From the NCBI GenBank assembly GCA_947589435.1, contig CANQBI010000001.1, positions 12,740 through 76,739 of the forward strand: 64,000 nt of DNA, in the 5' to 3' direction. Positions 1 to 8,525 of this stretch are shown here, one piece after another (position 1 is the stretch's first letter; every line of letters begins with the position of its first letter). This DNA comes from an uncultured Bacilli bacterium. GTDB taxonomy: Bacteria > Bacillota_I > Bacilli_A > RF39 > UBA660. Under the pieces are notes generated by a model. The model ran no database searches and was not told the DNA's origin. It saw nothing but the letters and a program-made list of their open reading frames with translations. Made by a program: the position numbers and the translations under genes.

Positions 1-208
1 ATTCGGATTGAAGTAGCTCTTTTTTTGCGTTTAAACAAGATGTCTATAATTAAAGATATGAACTTAAATAATATTTCTACTATTACATTCATAAATACCA
101 CCATCCTTCCCAAAAAAGATTTTGTTTGCAACCAAAACCCCTGAAAAGCTGGCGAGATTTCCCATCTCGAAGACTATATTTTATAGATATTTTTTCTAAA
201 GTCAAGCC

Positions 209-268
209 GTTCGACAAAACATGTCAAAACTTCTAAAAATACGACAAAATTCGACATTTCTGTCGAAC
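209..268. promoter_or_regulatory. Cluster of four TGTCGAA / TTCGACA (Spo0A-box-like) heptamers, including one inverted pair
   Basis: Read directly: gTTCGACAaaa, aTTCGACAtttcTGTCGAAct, plus a near-match tACGACAaaa, all within about 60 bp of non-coding DNA at the window edge. Confidence 0.35.
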
Positions 269-293
269 TTTGTCTATTATTTATATTAATTAT

Positions 294-1493
294 TTAGGCA
301 TTGCTTGTACTAGTAATTACATATGGACTATCTTCTGTTCCATTACCAACTAGTCCTGTTGTGGATGGTAGATAGAAGACTGGGCGAACCGCAACCGTAT
401 TGTTCACCCAATCGTAGAGCAAGTAGCCGCTCGTAACCACAGCCCACGCACCGTAAGCGCCGCTGCTGCTGAAGTAGCCATACCTAGTCATTGTCCATTC
501 GTATGTACTTCCATATGTTCCTGTTTTTCCGCTCATTGTGTTGGTAATATGCAACCAACTATTGGCGTTTGAACCATAACTCCATGAATTGTAATAATCT
601 CCACCATACATTAATCCTATTTGATATTGCCCCGTTGTTTTTGTTTTTGCTTCCGCTCCACTACTTGTTGCGTTTGTTCTATCTCCTTTCCACCATTTTA
701 CTGCTGGTATTATATTCTTTATTCCTGCGTCTAAAAAACTTCCTCCGTTTATGGCTTTCCTTACTGTGTTGTTGTTATTATCCCAATCTATATTTGTACT
801 ATAGTCTGTTGACCATGCTTGGCTTGTGCTTGTTGGGATTACCTTTATTACTTTTAACATACCTGCTTCTAAACCTAAGTCTTTTTGTTCACTTCCGTCG
901 GTTACGCCAATAATACGATATAAGTATTTATTACTTTCGGCACTTCCACATGTATCAGGATTTAGTGGTCCTCCTATACATACAAAGTTATTTGTTACTT
1001 GGTCTTTTGTTCCCTTGAATCTATATAATCCTTCTACTGCTGTTCTTTTGTCTTTTGTTCCTCCTCCATAATATTGTCCACCTTGGGCATTTAATACTTC
1101 TAAAGCAGGTCTTCCCTTACCAAAATATAAGGTACAATATATTGTCTTTTTAGTTGTTATTGTTGCCGTATTTCTATCTTCGTTAAATGTTACATATTGT
1201 TTTGTATCTCCTACATCAGTTCCACTTGCGTCTTCACATTTTGTTCCGACATATGTATATTGTGCTTTATCAGGCCATTTACTTCTATCTTCTTGTTCAT
1301 ACCATTCAAAGTCATTTTCTCCTCCACTTTGAACTTTTATTGAAAGTGTTTTATCCTTATTATTGAATACATCTACTATTTTAATATCTTCTAAAACTTC
1401 ATTGTCTTTTCTTACACTAAAGTAACTATATCCTTCATATATCATTCCAATAGTTAATATAACTAATATTACATTAAATACTTTCTTTTTCAT
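294..1493 (-). CDS. Secreted/membrane-anchored protein of unknown function. Diverged paralog (about half of residues identical by eye) of the ORF at 62776..63963.
   Basis: N-terminal hydrophobic segment. Motifs shared with the right-end paralog: ATITTKKTIYCTLYF, GRPALEVL, YRIIGVTDG, GLxAGMLKVIK, SQAWS, IGLMY..DYYNSW, AVRPVFYL near the C-terminus. Forms an operon-like pair with 1503..2207. Confidence 0.6.
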   Translation of the reverse strand: MKKKVFNVILVILTIGMIYEGYSYFSVRKDNEVLEDIKIVDVFNNKDKTLSIKVQSGGENDFEWYEQEDRSKWPDKAQYTYVGTKCEDASGTDVGDTKQYVTFNEDRNTATITTKKTIYCTLYFGKGRPALEVLNAQGGQYYGGGTKDKRTAVEGLYRFKGTKDQVTNNFVCIGGPLNPDTCGSAESNKYLYRIIGVTDGSEQKDLGLEAGMLKVIKVIPTSTSQAWSTDYSTNIDWDNNNNTVRKAINGGSFLDAGIKNIIPAVKWWKGDRTNATSSGAEAKTKTTGQYQIGLMYGGDYYNSWSYGSNANSWLHITNTMSGKTGTYGSTYEWTMTRYGYFSSSGAYGAWAVVTSGYLLYDWVNNTVAVRPVFYLPSTTGLVGNGTEDSPYVITSTSNA

Positions 1494-1502
1494 ATTTCCT
1501 CC

Positions 1503-2207
1503 TTAACTTTTATTAAAATATGCATAACATATATTTGGGCCATCTGTTTCAAATGAAAAGCCTTTACTTGTATCATAACTTATCGTTGTTTTAGCATTAT
1601 TTGTAGTATTACAACCAGATATTGTATTATCATATGTATAACCACTTGTTGGTATATCTTCTATCATTGTGTAATGTTTATTATTTTTTATTACCATTCC
1701 TAATGAATCTTCAATTAAAGCAAATACTATTACATCATCTTGGGTTAAATCTTTTCCATAATCATAATATATCCTGCATACCACTTGATTAGGATTATCT
1801 TGTGACATTTCTACAGTTACTAGTCCATCTTCTGAAATAGAATATACTTTTTCTTCATGCATTGTATACGTTCCACTTGTTGGTATGCAATTACTCTTTT
1901 TATCATTTACGACATATCCTGATACTAAAGCAGGTGTTCCTTCCATAATTGTATAATTCTTTGGATTAGTTACATCTTGTACATAAAACATTAAATTAAC
2001 ATCCGTTGTTCTATCAGTTAAAGGAGAAGTATCTCCCTTACCACTAAAGTTTCCTACTCTACTGGTAAATATAGGCACAGGATCTGTTTCACTGCTATAA
2101 TAAGCATAAGTGTTTTTTAAACATATAAATAAAGTTATTACAAAAAGACATATAACAAAATATATAACTTTTATATTTAACAATTTTTTCAATTTTTCTC
2201 TTATCAT
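1503..2207 (-). CDS. Secreted protein with a SipW-cognate (TasA/camelysin-type) signal-peptide motif. Paralog of 62031..62762.
   Basis: TM/signal segment followed by KNTYAYYSSETDPVPIFTS, which resembles the xGTxAxFxD motif next to the SipW cleavage site in TasA/CalY-class proteins. Conserved C-terminus (VVCRIYY, SKGF.F.T.G.NIC..YF) shared with 62031..62762. Confidence 0.55.
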   Translation of the reverse strand: MIREKLKKLLNIKVIYFVICLFVITLFICLKNTYAYYSSETDPVPIFTSRVGNFSGKGDTSPLTDRTTDVNLMFYVQDVTNPKNYTIMEGTPALVSGYVVNDKKSNCIPTSGTYTMHEEKVYSISEDGLVTVEMSQDNPNQVVCRIYYDYGKDLTQDDVIVFALIEDSLGMVIKNNKHYTMIEDIPTSGYTYDNTISGCNTTNNAKTTISYDTSKGFSFETDGPNICYAYFNKS

Positions 2208-2265
2208 TTAACCATTCCTTTATTCAACGTTGCTAATGCCGAAACAAAATTACGCAAAATATTTT

Positions 2266-2328
2266 TAGACAAATATTGTCTATGATATATTTATTTTAGA
2301 ACATTTTTGTCTGAAAATCAATAGACAA
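2266..2328. promoter_or_regulatory. Two inverted-repeat operator-like sites, TAGACAA-N3-TTGTCTA and TTGTCTG-N8-TAGACAA, in the divergent region between the secreted-protein pair and the XRE gene
   Basis: Perfect 7-bp inverted repeats read directly from sequence. Position is consistent with autoregulation by the adjacent HTH protein. Confidence 0.4.
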
Positions 2329-2364
2329 TTTTTAACTATGGTTAAATGTTTACTAGGTGATATT

Positions 2365-2589
2365 ATGAATAGAATTAGAGAAATAAGAGAAGATAAAGAT
2401 TTAACTCAAACTGAGGTGGCTAAAAAAATTGGCATAACTCAAAGAAATTATAGTTACATTGAAACGGGTAGAACAATGCTTACAGAAGATATTTTAGTAA
2501 AACTAGCCGAATTATATAATACAAGTACTGATTACATTTTATATAGAACTGATGAAAGAAAACCATATAAAAAATCAATAGTCAAATAA
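2365..2589 (+). CDS. XRE-family helix-turn-helix transcriptional regulator
   Basis: MNRIREIREDKDLTQTEVAKKIGITQRNYSYIETG is a typical Cro/C1 HTH. C-terminal DYILYRTDER is shared with the XRE genes at 60.8-61.8 kb. The ORF track starts at 2338; the internal ATG at 2365 is more likely. Confidence 0.75.
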   Translation: MNRIREIREDKDLTQTEVAKKIGITQRNYSYIETGRTMLTEDILVKLAELYNTSTDYILYRTDERKPYKKSIVK

Positions 2590-2601
2590 GGAATAATATA
2601 A

Positions 2602-2828
2602 ATGAACATAAATAGATTAAAAGAAATTCGAGAGGACAAAGACTACTCTCAAAAAGATATAGCTAAAATACTTAAAACTACACAACAGCAATATTCAAAA
2701 TATGAACTAGGTATCCAATTAATACCATAGATAGATTATGTATTCTAGCGGATTTTTACAATGTTAGTTTGGACTATTTATTATCAAGAAGTGATGATTG
2801 TAAAATATATTCTAAAACAAAAATATAA
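2602..2828 (+). pseudogene. Frameshifted XRE-family HTH regulator
   Basis: MNINRLKEIREDKDYSQKDIAKILKTTQQQYSKYELG runs into a stop. The C-terminal part IDRLCILADFYNVSLDYLLSRSDD continues in another frame. Confidence 0.55.
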
Positions 2829-2831
2829 TAA

Positions 2832-3128
2832 TTATTTTCTAAAGAATTCTCTTATATCTTCTTCTAAAGCATCTGCTATAAAGCCTAAATAATCTATCGT
2901 TACATGCTTACATCTTTTAGTATTTTCTATGTCACAAATATATTGTCTCGTTCCTCCAATTAAGTCGGCTATATCCTGTTGGGTATAGCCATATTTTTTT
3001 CTTAATCTTTTTAAGTTATTTCTCACAATATTATAATAATATTCTACATCGTGCAAATTATTTTTCATTTTTATATACTTTTCCATTATAAATATATTAT
3101 ATATAACATTTTTTTGTATATATATCAT
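2832..3128 (-). CDS. XRE-family HTH transcriptional regulator (start may be the internal Met at 3086)
   Basis: LKRLRKKYGYTQQDIADLIGGTRQYICDIENTKR HTH motif. Confidence 0.65.
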   Translation of the reverse strand: MIYIQKNVIYNIFIMEKYIKMKNNLHDVEYYYNIVRNNLKRLRKKYGYTQQDIADLIGGTRQYICDIENTKRCKHVTIDYLGFIADALEEDIREFFRK

Positions 3129-3207
3129 AAATAAATATTATTGACAATATGTTACATTTATGATATTTTAATTTTATCAGAGAGTGTAACAAAAAGGAGA
3201 ATGTTTT

Positions 3208-3510
3208 ATGGAAAATGTATCTAATACTATTAATATGAGTTTTAGAGTTGATAAAACACTTAAAAATGATGCAGATATTTTATTTAAAAAACTTGGACTT
3301 AACACAAGTGTGGCTTTAAACATGTTTTTAAGTCAATGTGTAAGAGAGCAATCATTGCCTTTTGTTCCTTCAATGAATGTAAGCGAAAGTAATAAACCTT
3401 CAAAAAGACTTATTAAAGCTACTAAAGAAGCCGAAGATATTTTATCAGGAAAAATCAAAGTTAAAGGCTATAATAATGTTGATGAGTTTATTAATGATAT
3501 GCTTAAGTGA
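3208..3510 (+). CDS. RelB/DinJ-family ribbon-helix-helix antitoxin
   Basis: MSFRVDKTLKNDADILFKKLGLNTSVALNMFLSQCVREQSLPF matches the DinJ pattern (..K..A..vl..GL.......l.......E..lPF). Its stop overlaps the next ORF's start (GTGA). Confidence 0.7.
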   Translation: MENVSNTINMSFRVDKTLKNDADILFKKLGLNTSVALNMFLSQCVREQSLPFVPSMNVSESNKPSKRLIKATKEAEDILSGKIKVKGYNNVDEFINDMLK

Positions 3511-4076
3511 TTAAAACTTTAACAAAAACAAAGCCAAGAACAAAAGGAACATCAGAAATTAAAAAAGAATTTAAAAATAAAAATACTAATTATTATAATA
3601 TTACACAAGAATGGCTTAAAAAATCTAACCCTAGTACTCCTTCAATTAAAGATGCTATTTCTGTAACAATTAACAACGAAACTTTTATGGTTGGGAAATT
3701 AAATAAAATCATTCATGAAAACAACGAAGTAGAAGTAGCAAAGTGGTTAAGCAAAACCTTTAAAGAAAATATTGAGTATTTGCCAAACATTAAAGAAAAA
3801 GAAGGAATACAATGTGCTGACTATATTTTTAAAAATGAATTTTGGGATTTAAAGGAATTAATTGGTAATGGAAAAAGGACATTAGAAGATGCTATTAAAA
3901 AGAAGAAAAAGCAAGCAAGTAATTTTATAATAGATATAACAAATTCCAAAATGTCAAAAGAAGAACTACTTAAACAAGCAATAAAAATATATAATGGTAA
4001 ATCTTTAAAATGGATTGATAAAATAATATTAAAAAAGAATAATGAATTAATTGCAGTTTTAAAAAGAAAAAAATAG
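3507..4076 (+). CDS. Lys-rich 189-aa protein translationally coupled to the DinJ-like gene. Candidate toxin partner of unclassified family.
   Basis: GTG start overlaps the TGA of 3208..3510. Basic, Lys-rich. No recognisable RelE/YafQ, PIN, Fic or P-loop signature. Followed by a strong hairpin terminator. Confidence 0.5.
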   Translation: MIKTLTKTKPRTKGTSEIKKEFKNKNTNYYNITQEWLKKSNPSTPSIKDAISVTINNETFMVGKLNKIIHENNEVEVAKWLSKTFKENIEYLPNIKEKEGIQCADYIFKNEFWDLKELIGNGKRTLEDAIKKKKKQASNFIIDITNSKMSKEELLKQAIKIYNGKSLKWIDKIILKKNNELIAVLKRKK

Positions 4077-4186
4077 ATTGATCCCAACCCGTACGGGTCA
4101 AGACCAATCTACTGATTACATTATACAACTTTTTTTTGCTTGTGTCAAAAATAAAACACAAATTTTTATAATTTATTTGCATTTTA

Positions 4187-4212
4187 AAAGGACAATCGCT
4201 GTCCTTTTTTAT
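4187..4212. terminator. Bidirectional rho-independent terminator (aaaaGGACAatcgcTGTCCtttttt)
   Basis: Perfect 5-bp stem flanked by an A-run and a T-run, between convergent genes (3507..4076 on + and divIC on -). Confidence 0.6.
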
Positions 4213-4502
4213 TTATTCCATTTAATAATGGTATCACCTTCACTAGATAACATATATTTTTCTTTAGCATATCTTGCTAAATATTCATCATCTTGTAATT
4301 TAGTTATCTCCGCACTTAACTTTTCTTCTTCCGATAGTAGTTCAGTATATTCACTATTTAGTTCTCTTTCTAATTGTCTATTTTTAAGGATTTGATGCCA
4401 ATCACTATAAACACTCCCAACTAAAAGAGATAACAATCCAATAATTGTTATAGTTATTAAGAATAATCTTTTCTTTTCTTTTTTACTTTTTTTAGTATGC
4501 AT
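4209..4502 (-). CDS. divIC: Septum formation initiator DivIC/FtsB
   Basis: Short N-terminal basic tail, single TM, coiled-coil (LERELNSEYTELLSEEEKLSAEITKLQDDEYLARYAKEKY). Conserved position next to yabP/yabQ. Confidence 0.75.
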   Translation of the reverse strand: MHTKKSKKEKKRLFLITITIIGLLSLLVGSVYSDWHQILKNRQLERELNSEYTELLSEEEKLSAEITKLQDDEYLARYAKEKYMLSSEGDTIIKWNK

Positions 4503-4570
4503 AAAAATTTCCCCTAATAACCTATTTTCACTTTTGATACTAGCACACTATAAAGTATTTTTCTAGTTGT

Positions 4571-4861
4571 TTAAGTCTTTTTGACGCTAAGTTTACTTAA
4601 CTTTTTATCTATTATATATCCCATAATAAATCCTAGGAATACTACCATAATAAAATAAATATGAAAATAACCTTTATTAAGATGGTATAAAATTATTATA
4701 TAGATTATCGCCATATCTAAAGTATAAATAAATGTTAAAATATGTTTTAAATATAATTTTAAATCTTTAATTAAATAAAAATTAATCTTAGTTACAAAAT
4801 AAAATATCACGCCATAGATAAATGACACAATAAAAGATATTATTTGAATATTACTATTCAT
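4571..4861 (-). CDS. yabQ: Spore cortex biosynthesis membrane protein YabQ-like
   Basis: Small polytopic membrane protein directly downstream of yabP, as in Bacillus and Clostridium. Confidence 0.5.
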   Translation of the reverse strand: MNSNIQIISFIVSFIYGVIFYFVTKINFYLIKDLKLYLKHILTFIYTLDMAIIYIIILYHLNKGYFHIYFIMVVFLGFIMGYIIDKKLSKLSVKKT

Positions 4862-5151
4862 TATTTAAATAACTTACTTAGAAGACTTTCTTCTTTATTT
4901 TTCTTCATATTATCCATATAAGCAATACTATATAGTTTACCTTTTATTTTGACATTACCATCATGGGTATCAAGTTTCACTATTTCTAATCCTTCACCTT
5001 TAAGTAAGATAACTCCCATATTAGATTCCATTAAAAATTCTTGGTCATCAAAACTACTTATTTTGCTAATACCAGTTAAATTCATAACACTACGATCTAC
5101 TACTTTTATTTCATGACTACCATAATTATTAACGTATTCGCTCGTCTCCAT
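4861..5151 (-). CDS. yabP: Sporulation protein YabP
   Basis: VMNLTGISKISSFDDQEFLMESNMGVILLKGEGLEIVKLD is the YabP beta-barrel signature. Position fits synteny. Confidence 0.75.
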   Translation of the reverse strand: METSEYVNNYGSHEIKVVDRSVMNLTGISKISSFDDQEFLMESNMGVILLKGEGLEIVKLDTHDGNVKIKGKLYSIAYMDNMKKNKEESLLSKLFK

Positions 5152-5217
5152 AAGTCCTCCTAGAAAAGTATATGAAAGAGGCCATAAATTTAGTCATAAA
5201 AAAAGTAGGTTTCCCTA

Positions 5218-5496
5218 CTATTTTTCTTCTTCTTCAACTGGTGTTGGATTATTGTATTCTTCTAAAATTTTTGATTCAAACATTTCTCTTGTTTCTGCAT
5301 TAGTTGGATGAACGATGTCTTCAAATTTATCATCATTTACTTTACGACTTGGCATAGCGCAAAATAATCTGTTTTCTCCTTCTATAATTCTAATATTGCT
5401 TACAACAAAGCAATCGTCGATAGTAACAGTAGCATAACCTTTAAGTCTTGAGCCCTCTCTATCAACTTTGTGAACACGTACTCTTGTGATTTCCAT
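5218..5496 (-). CDS. spoVG: Septation protein SpoVG
   Basis: MEITRVRVHKVDREGSRLKGYATVTIDDCFVVSNIRIIEGENRLFCAMPSRK is near-identical to the SpoVG consensus. Confidence 0.9.
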   Translation of the reverse strand: MEITRVRVHKVDREGSRLKGYATVTIDDCFVVSNIRIIEGENRLFCAMPSRKVNDDKFEDIVHPTNAETREMFESKILEEYNNPTPVEEEEK

Positions 5497-5616
5497 AAAA
5501 CACACTCCTTATCTTGAAATACTCACAATTTAATTTTAAAACAATCTTGTCATTTTTTCAACAATTTTATTAATTATTTCTTAATTTTTTGTGAATTATT
5601 TCTCTGAATAGCTAAT

Positions 5617-5832
5617 TTAACTTAAAAATTTTATCTTTATATCCCCAGTTATATACTCATTATAAGTAAAACTTTTTTCGTTTCCTTCATACAAAATGGT
5701 AAAAATATTCGGATAAGTTTTATAAAGAATACCTTCGTATTTGGATATTTTATTTCTAAGGCCATACACAGTTACCACAACTTTCCGATTTAAATTACTT
5801 TCAATTTTATTTTTCACAATATCTATATTCAT
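5617..5832 (-). CDS. veg: Veg protein (biofilm/sporulation-associated small protein)
   Basis: IESNLNRKVVVTVYGLRNKISKYEGILYKTYPNIFTI is typical Veg. Conserved position between yabG and spoVG. Confidence 0.8.
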   Translation of the reverse strand: MNIDIVKNKIESNLNRKVVVTVYGLRNKISKYEGILYKTYPNIFTILYEGNEKSFTYNEYITGDIKIKFLS

Positions 5833-6614
5833 TATCTTGGATACCCCACATACATAAGACCATTACCCATAATGCCACCCATACCATCTTTACCATATTT
5901 GGTTTTCTCTAAAGTACTTTTTAAATCAACTTCTTTATTTCTTTCGGTAAGAGCGATAGTAACGGCAATAATCGCGGGATCTAGGGCATGAATATTGACT
6001 CTTTTAGGACTTGAGGCAAAGTTAGCTCCCGCCATAATTAATTCTTCATAATTACTTTGACAAGCACCCGCAATAATAACTAACTTCTCATGACTTTTTT
6101 CATAATTGCGCGCCGCTTTTACGGCTTTAATAAAATTCTTGGTATTCTTATAATTTTCATTATCTTTAATACTACCTTTTTTCTTATAATAGGCATCATG
6201 ACCTGTAATAATTAAAATATCCGGCTTATATTCTTTTAATAAAAGTCCTACTTGTTCATACATATCTTCTTCTTTAATCTTTTTCCCGATGGCGTATACT
6301 CCTTCACTTTTATAAAACTTTAAACATTTATCTAAGTATTCACTATCTCCATCTATATGTAGTATTTTCCCTGGTAAGTAAAAATAATCATCTTTAACAA
6401 TATCTTTAGTGCCTCTTTCTCCTTTAAAGAAATCATCTTCTCTTGGTTTTTCACATTTTACTAAATCGGAAAAAGGACTATCCGCATATAGTCTTACTTC
6501 TACCCCTTTTAAATAATATAAACCATCTTTTATACTTATAACCTTAAAGACCGTATCATGATTATAACTTTTTCTGGTTACAAAATCCCCTTTATTAATT
6601 TCCAAACATATCAC
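5832..6614 (-). CDS. yabG: Sporulation-specific protease YabG
   Basis: Size and conserved blocks (ILIITGHDAY, LVIIAGACQSNYE) fit YabG. Synteny ksgA-yabG-veg. Confidence 0.7.
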   Translation of the reverse strand: MICLEINKGDFVTRKSYNHDTVFKVISIKDGLYYLKGVEVRLYADSPFSDLVKCEKPREDDFFKGERGTKDIVKDDYFYLPGKILHIDGDSEYLDKCLKFYKSEGVYAIGKKIKEEDMYEQVGLLLKEYKPDILIITGHDAYYKKKGSIKDNENYKNTKNFIKAVKAARNYEKSHEKLVIIAGACQSNYEELIMAGANFASSPKRVNIHALDPAIIAVTIALTERNKEVDLKSTLEKTKYGKDGMGGIMGNGLMYVGYPR

Positions 6615-6676
6615 CAGTAAATTTTATGAATAAATATTAATTTTATGCTTATAAAGGGCTTTAACTAAAGACTTAT

Positions 6677-7720
6677 TTGCAAATGCTTCTGTTTTATGTT
6701 ATCATAATTGCTAATTTAAGGGGGTTCATTTTTATGACAAATTTAACAAAGTATGAAAAAAATTTAAAAAAAGCCCAAAATGCCGATAAAATAGTTTATT
6801 ACGATTATATACAATATAAAAGAGCAGCTGGATGGTGGTCAGGATTACATAGTGATGATTGGCATCGACCTAATATAATTAAAAAAGCAAGATATAATGG
6901 TACATTTTTACAAAAATTGCCTCAATATTATTTTTTAGGATTTCCAATAAAAGAATTACTAAAAGAAAATTATTCTAATGGCTACTGTCATGCTTGTGCT
7001 GTTGCCTTAAGTTTATATTTTAAAGATTTTGAAATAATAACTTGCAATTTACAAAATTATGCAGAATATTATACAAAGAAATCAGGAAGAAAAACAGATT
7101 ATGAGCATACATTTTTATTAATTGATTTAAATAACAATAAAACGGTAATAGATACAACATTTGGCTTTATTACTGACTTCGAAACTTATAAGAAAATATT
7201 TAATCCAAATAATATTAGAATTATAACTTCGGAACAACTAAAAAAAGTAAAACCATATCAATTTATAAAATCATTAAAAGACTATTCTGGTGCACCACTT
7301 GGATTTAATGAAGTATACGACGAGGAAAAACAAAAATGGCATCCAAATGAGGAAGCCCAAAAACATCAAAGAATTATGCAAGAATATATGAATATGTGTC
7401 AAAATTATAACAACACTCAAAATCCTCATTTAACGGATTTTATTAACAGATGTTTATTTAAAACTTCTAATAGTGAGTGCCTTTGGCTTTGGAGACTTGA
7501 TTTAAGTCACAAGGAAGTAGGTAATACAAAGTTTGACTATCCAAAAACAAATTTATTTTCTTTAGAAGATGATGAATATGATGAAAATCTATATAGCCCT
7601 TATGAAGATACTACTTCTATAAATGAACAAGTACTACTTAGTTATCATAACCTAGAGAGCAATATTACCCCTAATGTAAAAATTAGAGTTCGCAACTTTA
7701 TAAATAAAATAAAAATATAA
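6677..7720 (+). CDS. Hypothetical protein with a possible Cys-His-Asp papain/transglutaminase-like core (start probably the internal Met near 6734)
   Basis: GYCHACAVALSLYF followed by YEHTFLLI and IDTTFG, spaced like a Cys, His, Asp triad. Transcribed against the local replication direction. Confidence 0.3.
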   Translation: MQMLLFYVIIIANLRGFIFMTNLTKYEKNLKKAQNADKIVYYDYIQYKRAAGWWSGLHSDDWHRPNIIKKARYNGTFLQKLPQYYFLGFPIKELLKENYSNGYCHACAVALSLYFKDFEIITCNLQNYAEYYTKKSGRKTDYEHTFLLIDLNNNKTVIDTTFGFITDFETYKKIFNPNNIRIITSEQLKKVKPYQFIKSLKDYSGAPLGFNEVYDEEKQKWHPNEEAQKHQRIMQEYMNMCQNYNNTQNPHLTDFINRCLFKTSNSECLWLWRLDLSHKEVGNTKFDYPKTNLFSLEDDEYDENLYSPYEDTTSINEQVLLSYHNLESNITPNVKIRVRNFINKIKI

Positions 7721-7795
7721 TTTTAATTTAAAAATTTTTAAATTACAAATTTCTTTTGCATATTTTTACGAAAAATTTTATGCTTATAAAAAGCC

Positions 7796-8107
7796 TTACA
7801 TAAAGGCCCTGATATTAAAATTATAAATAATTATTTCACTATCTAAATAATTAATAATGGTATTATTATCTTCAATATTTATTTTAATTTTATCTTTTGG
7901 TATTTTAAGTTCTAGTTCATATTCTGGTGGCATATACATCCCTCTTGTATTTAAAACATTACCGACATTTATATTTCGAAAAAACAAAATATTTTTATTC
8001 GTTACTAAAACACTTAAATTATAGGTGTTATTGTCGATGTCCACTATTAAATTTTCTTGTTCCGTTAAAGTTACTTCATTATTATTTTTAAAATCATAAT
8101 TATACAT
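7796..8107 (-). CDS. Hypothetical protein
   Basis: ORF only. Overlaps by 1 nt and appears co-transcribed with 8107..8493. Confidence 0.4.
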   Translation of the reverse strand: MYNYDFKNNNEVTLTEQENLIVDIDNNTYNLSVLVTNKNILFFRNINVGNVLNTRGMYMPPEYELELKIPKDKIKINIEDNNTIINYLDSEIIIYNFNIRAFM

Positions 8108-8493
8108 TATAAAGTATCATTTCTTTCCATACTTGTAAGTCTCACACTTTTTAAAGTCATTTTATTAAATATTTCTTTAATGTTATCATTTAAGGTTGGT
8201 CCACTATAATCGAAAGTAAATTCATAGAGACTTCCCTCTACTATTTCATCCTCTATTAAATCTCTTAAGACTTTAACAGTTTCTCTTTCACTATTATTTT
8301 GAATCTCTAAATTAACATAACTAGCATCCTCATTATTGGAAGTTACCCCTAAGATATAGTAAGTTCTTACAAAATCCACATAGTTTTTTTCATATTGTTT
8401 ATTTTTATTTAAACTAAATAATAAAACAATAAATAGAACAACGACTAATAATAAGATACCCCCGATTAAAAACATTTTATTTTTTTCTTTCAT
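8107..8493 (-). CDS. Hypothetical membrane-anchored protein
   Basis: N-terminal TM helix (LIGGILLLVVVLFIVLLF). Confidence 0.4.
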   Translation of the reverse strand: MKEKNKMFLIGGILLLVVVLFIVLLFSLNKNKQYEKNYVDFVRTYYILGVTSNNEDASYVNLEIQNNSERETVKVLRDLIEDEIVEGSLYEFTFDYSGPTLNDNIKEIFNKMTLKSVRLTSMERNDTL

Positions 8494-8525
8494 TTAATCC
8501 ACCCTCTTTAAACAAATTTATCTTA

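Noticed and set aside
569-1071. ORFs 569..913(+) and 826..1071(+) encoding Leu/Phe-rich low-complexity peptides
   Set aside because: They lie entirely antisense within the well-supported 294..1493 gene. Composition is typical of shadow ORFs in AT-rich DNA. The same holds for 3821..4182(-), 12387..12581, 18193..18567, 25367..25585, 27126..27461, 28316..28881, 29238..30104, 31231..31428, 33735..33926, 35262..35510, 37803..38096, 43117..44451(-), 47722..48242(-), 50189..50371, 57377..57568, 58433..58621, 62500..62694 and 63248..63784.
3507-4076. Fic/Doc-type toxin assignment for the 189-aa protein, because of the GNGKR segment
   Set aside because: The Fic (HPFx[DE]GNGR) and Doc (HxFxDGNKR) motifs require an upstream His and an acidic residue. 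Here the context is ELIGNGKR with no His. The match is probably chance.
4078-4135. Possible tRNA or tRNA fragment around the CCCGTACGGG hairpin after the 3507..4076 gene
   Set aside because: No cloverleaf could be drawn. No T-loop (GGTTCGAATCC-like) or acceptor pairing. It sits inside the 3' UTR before the terminator.
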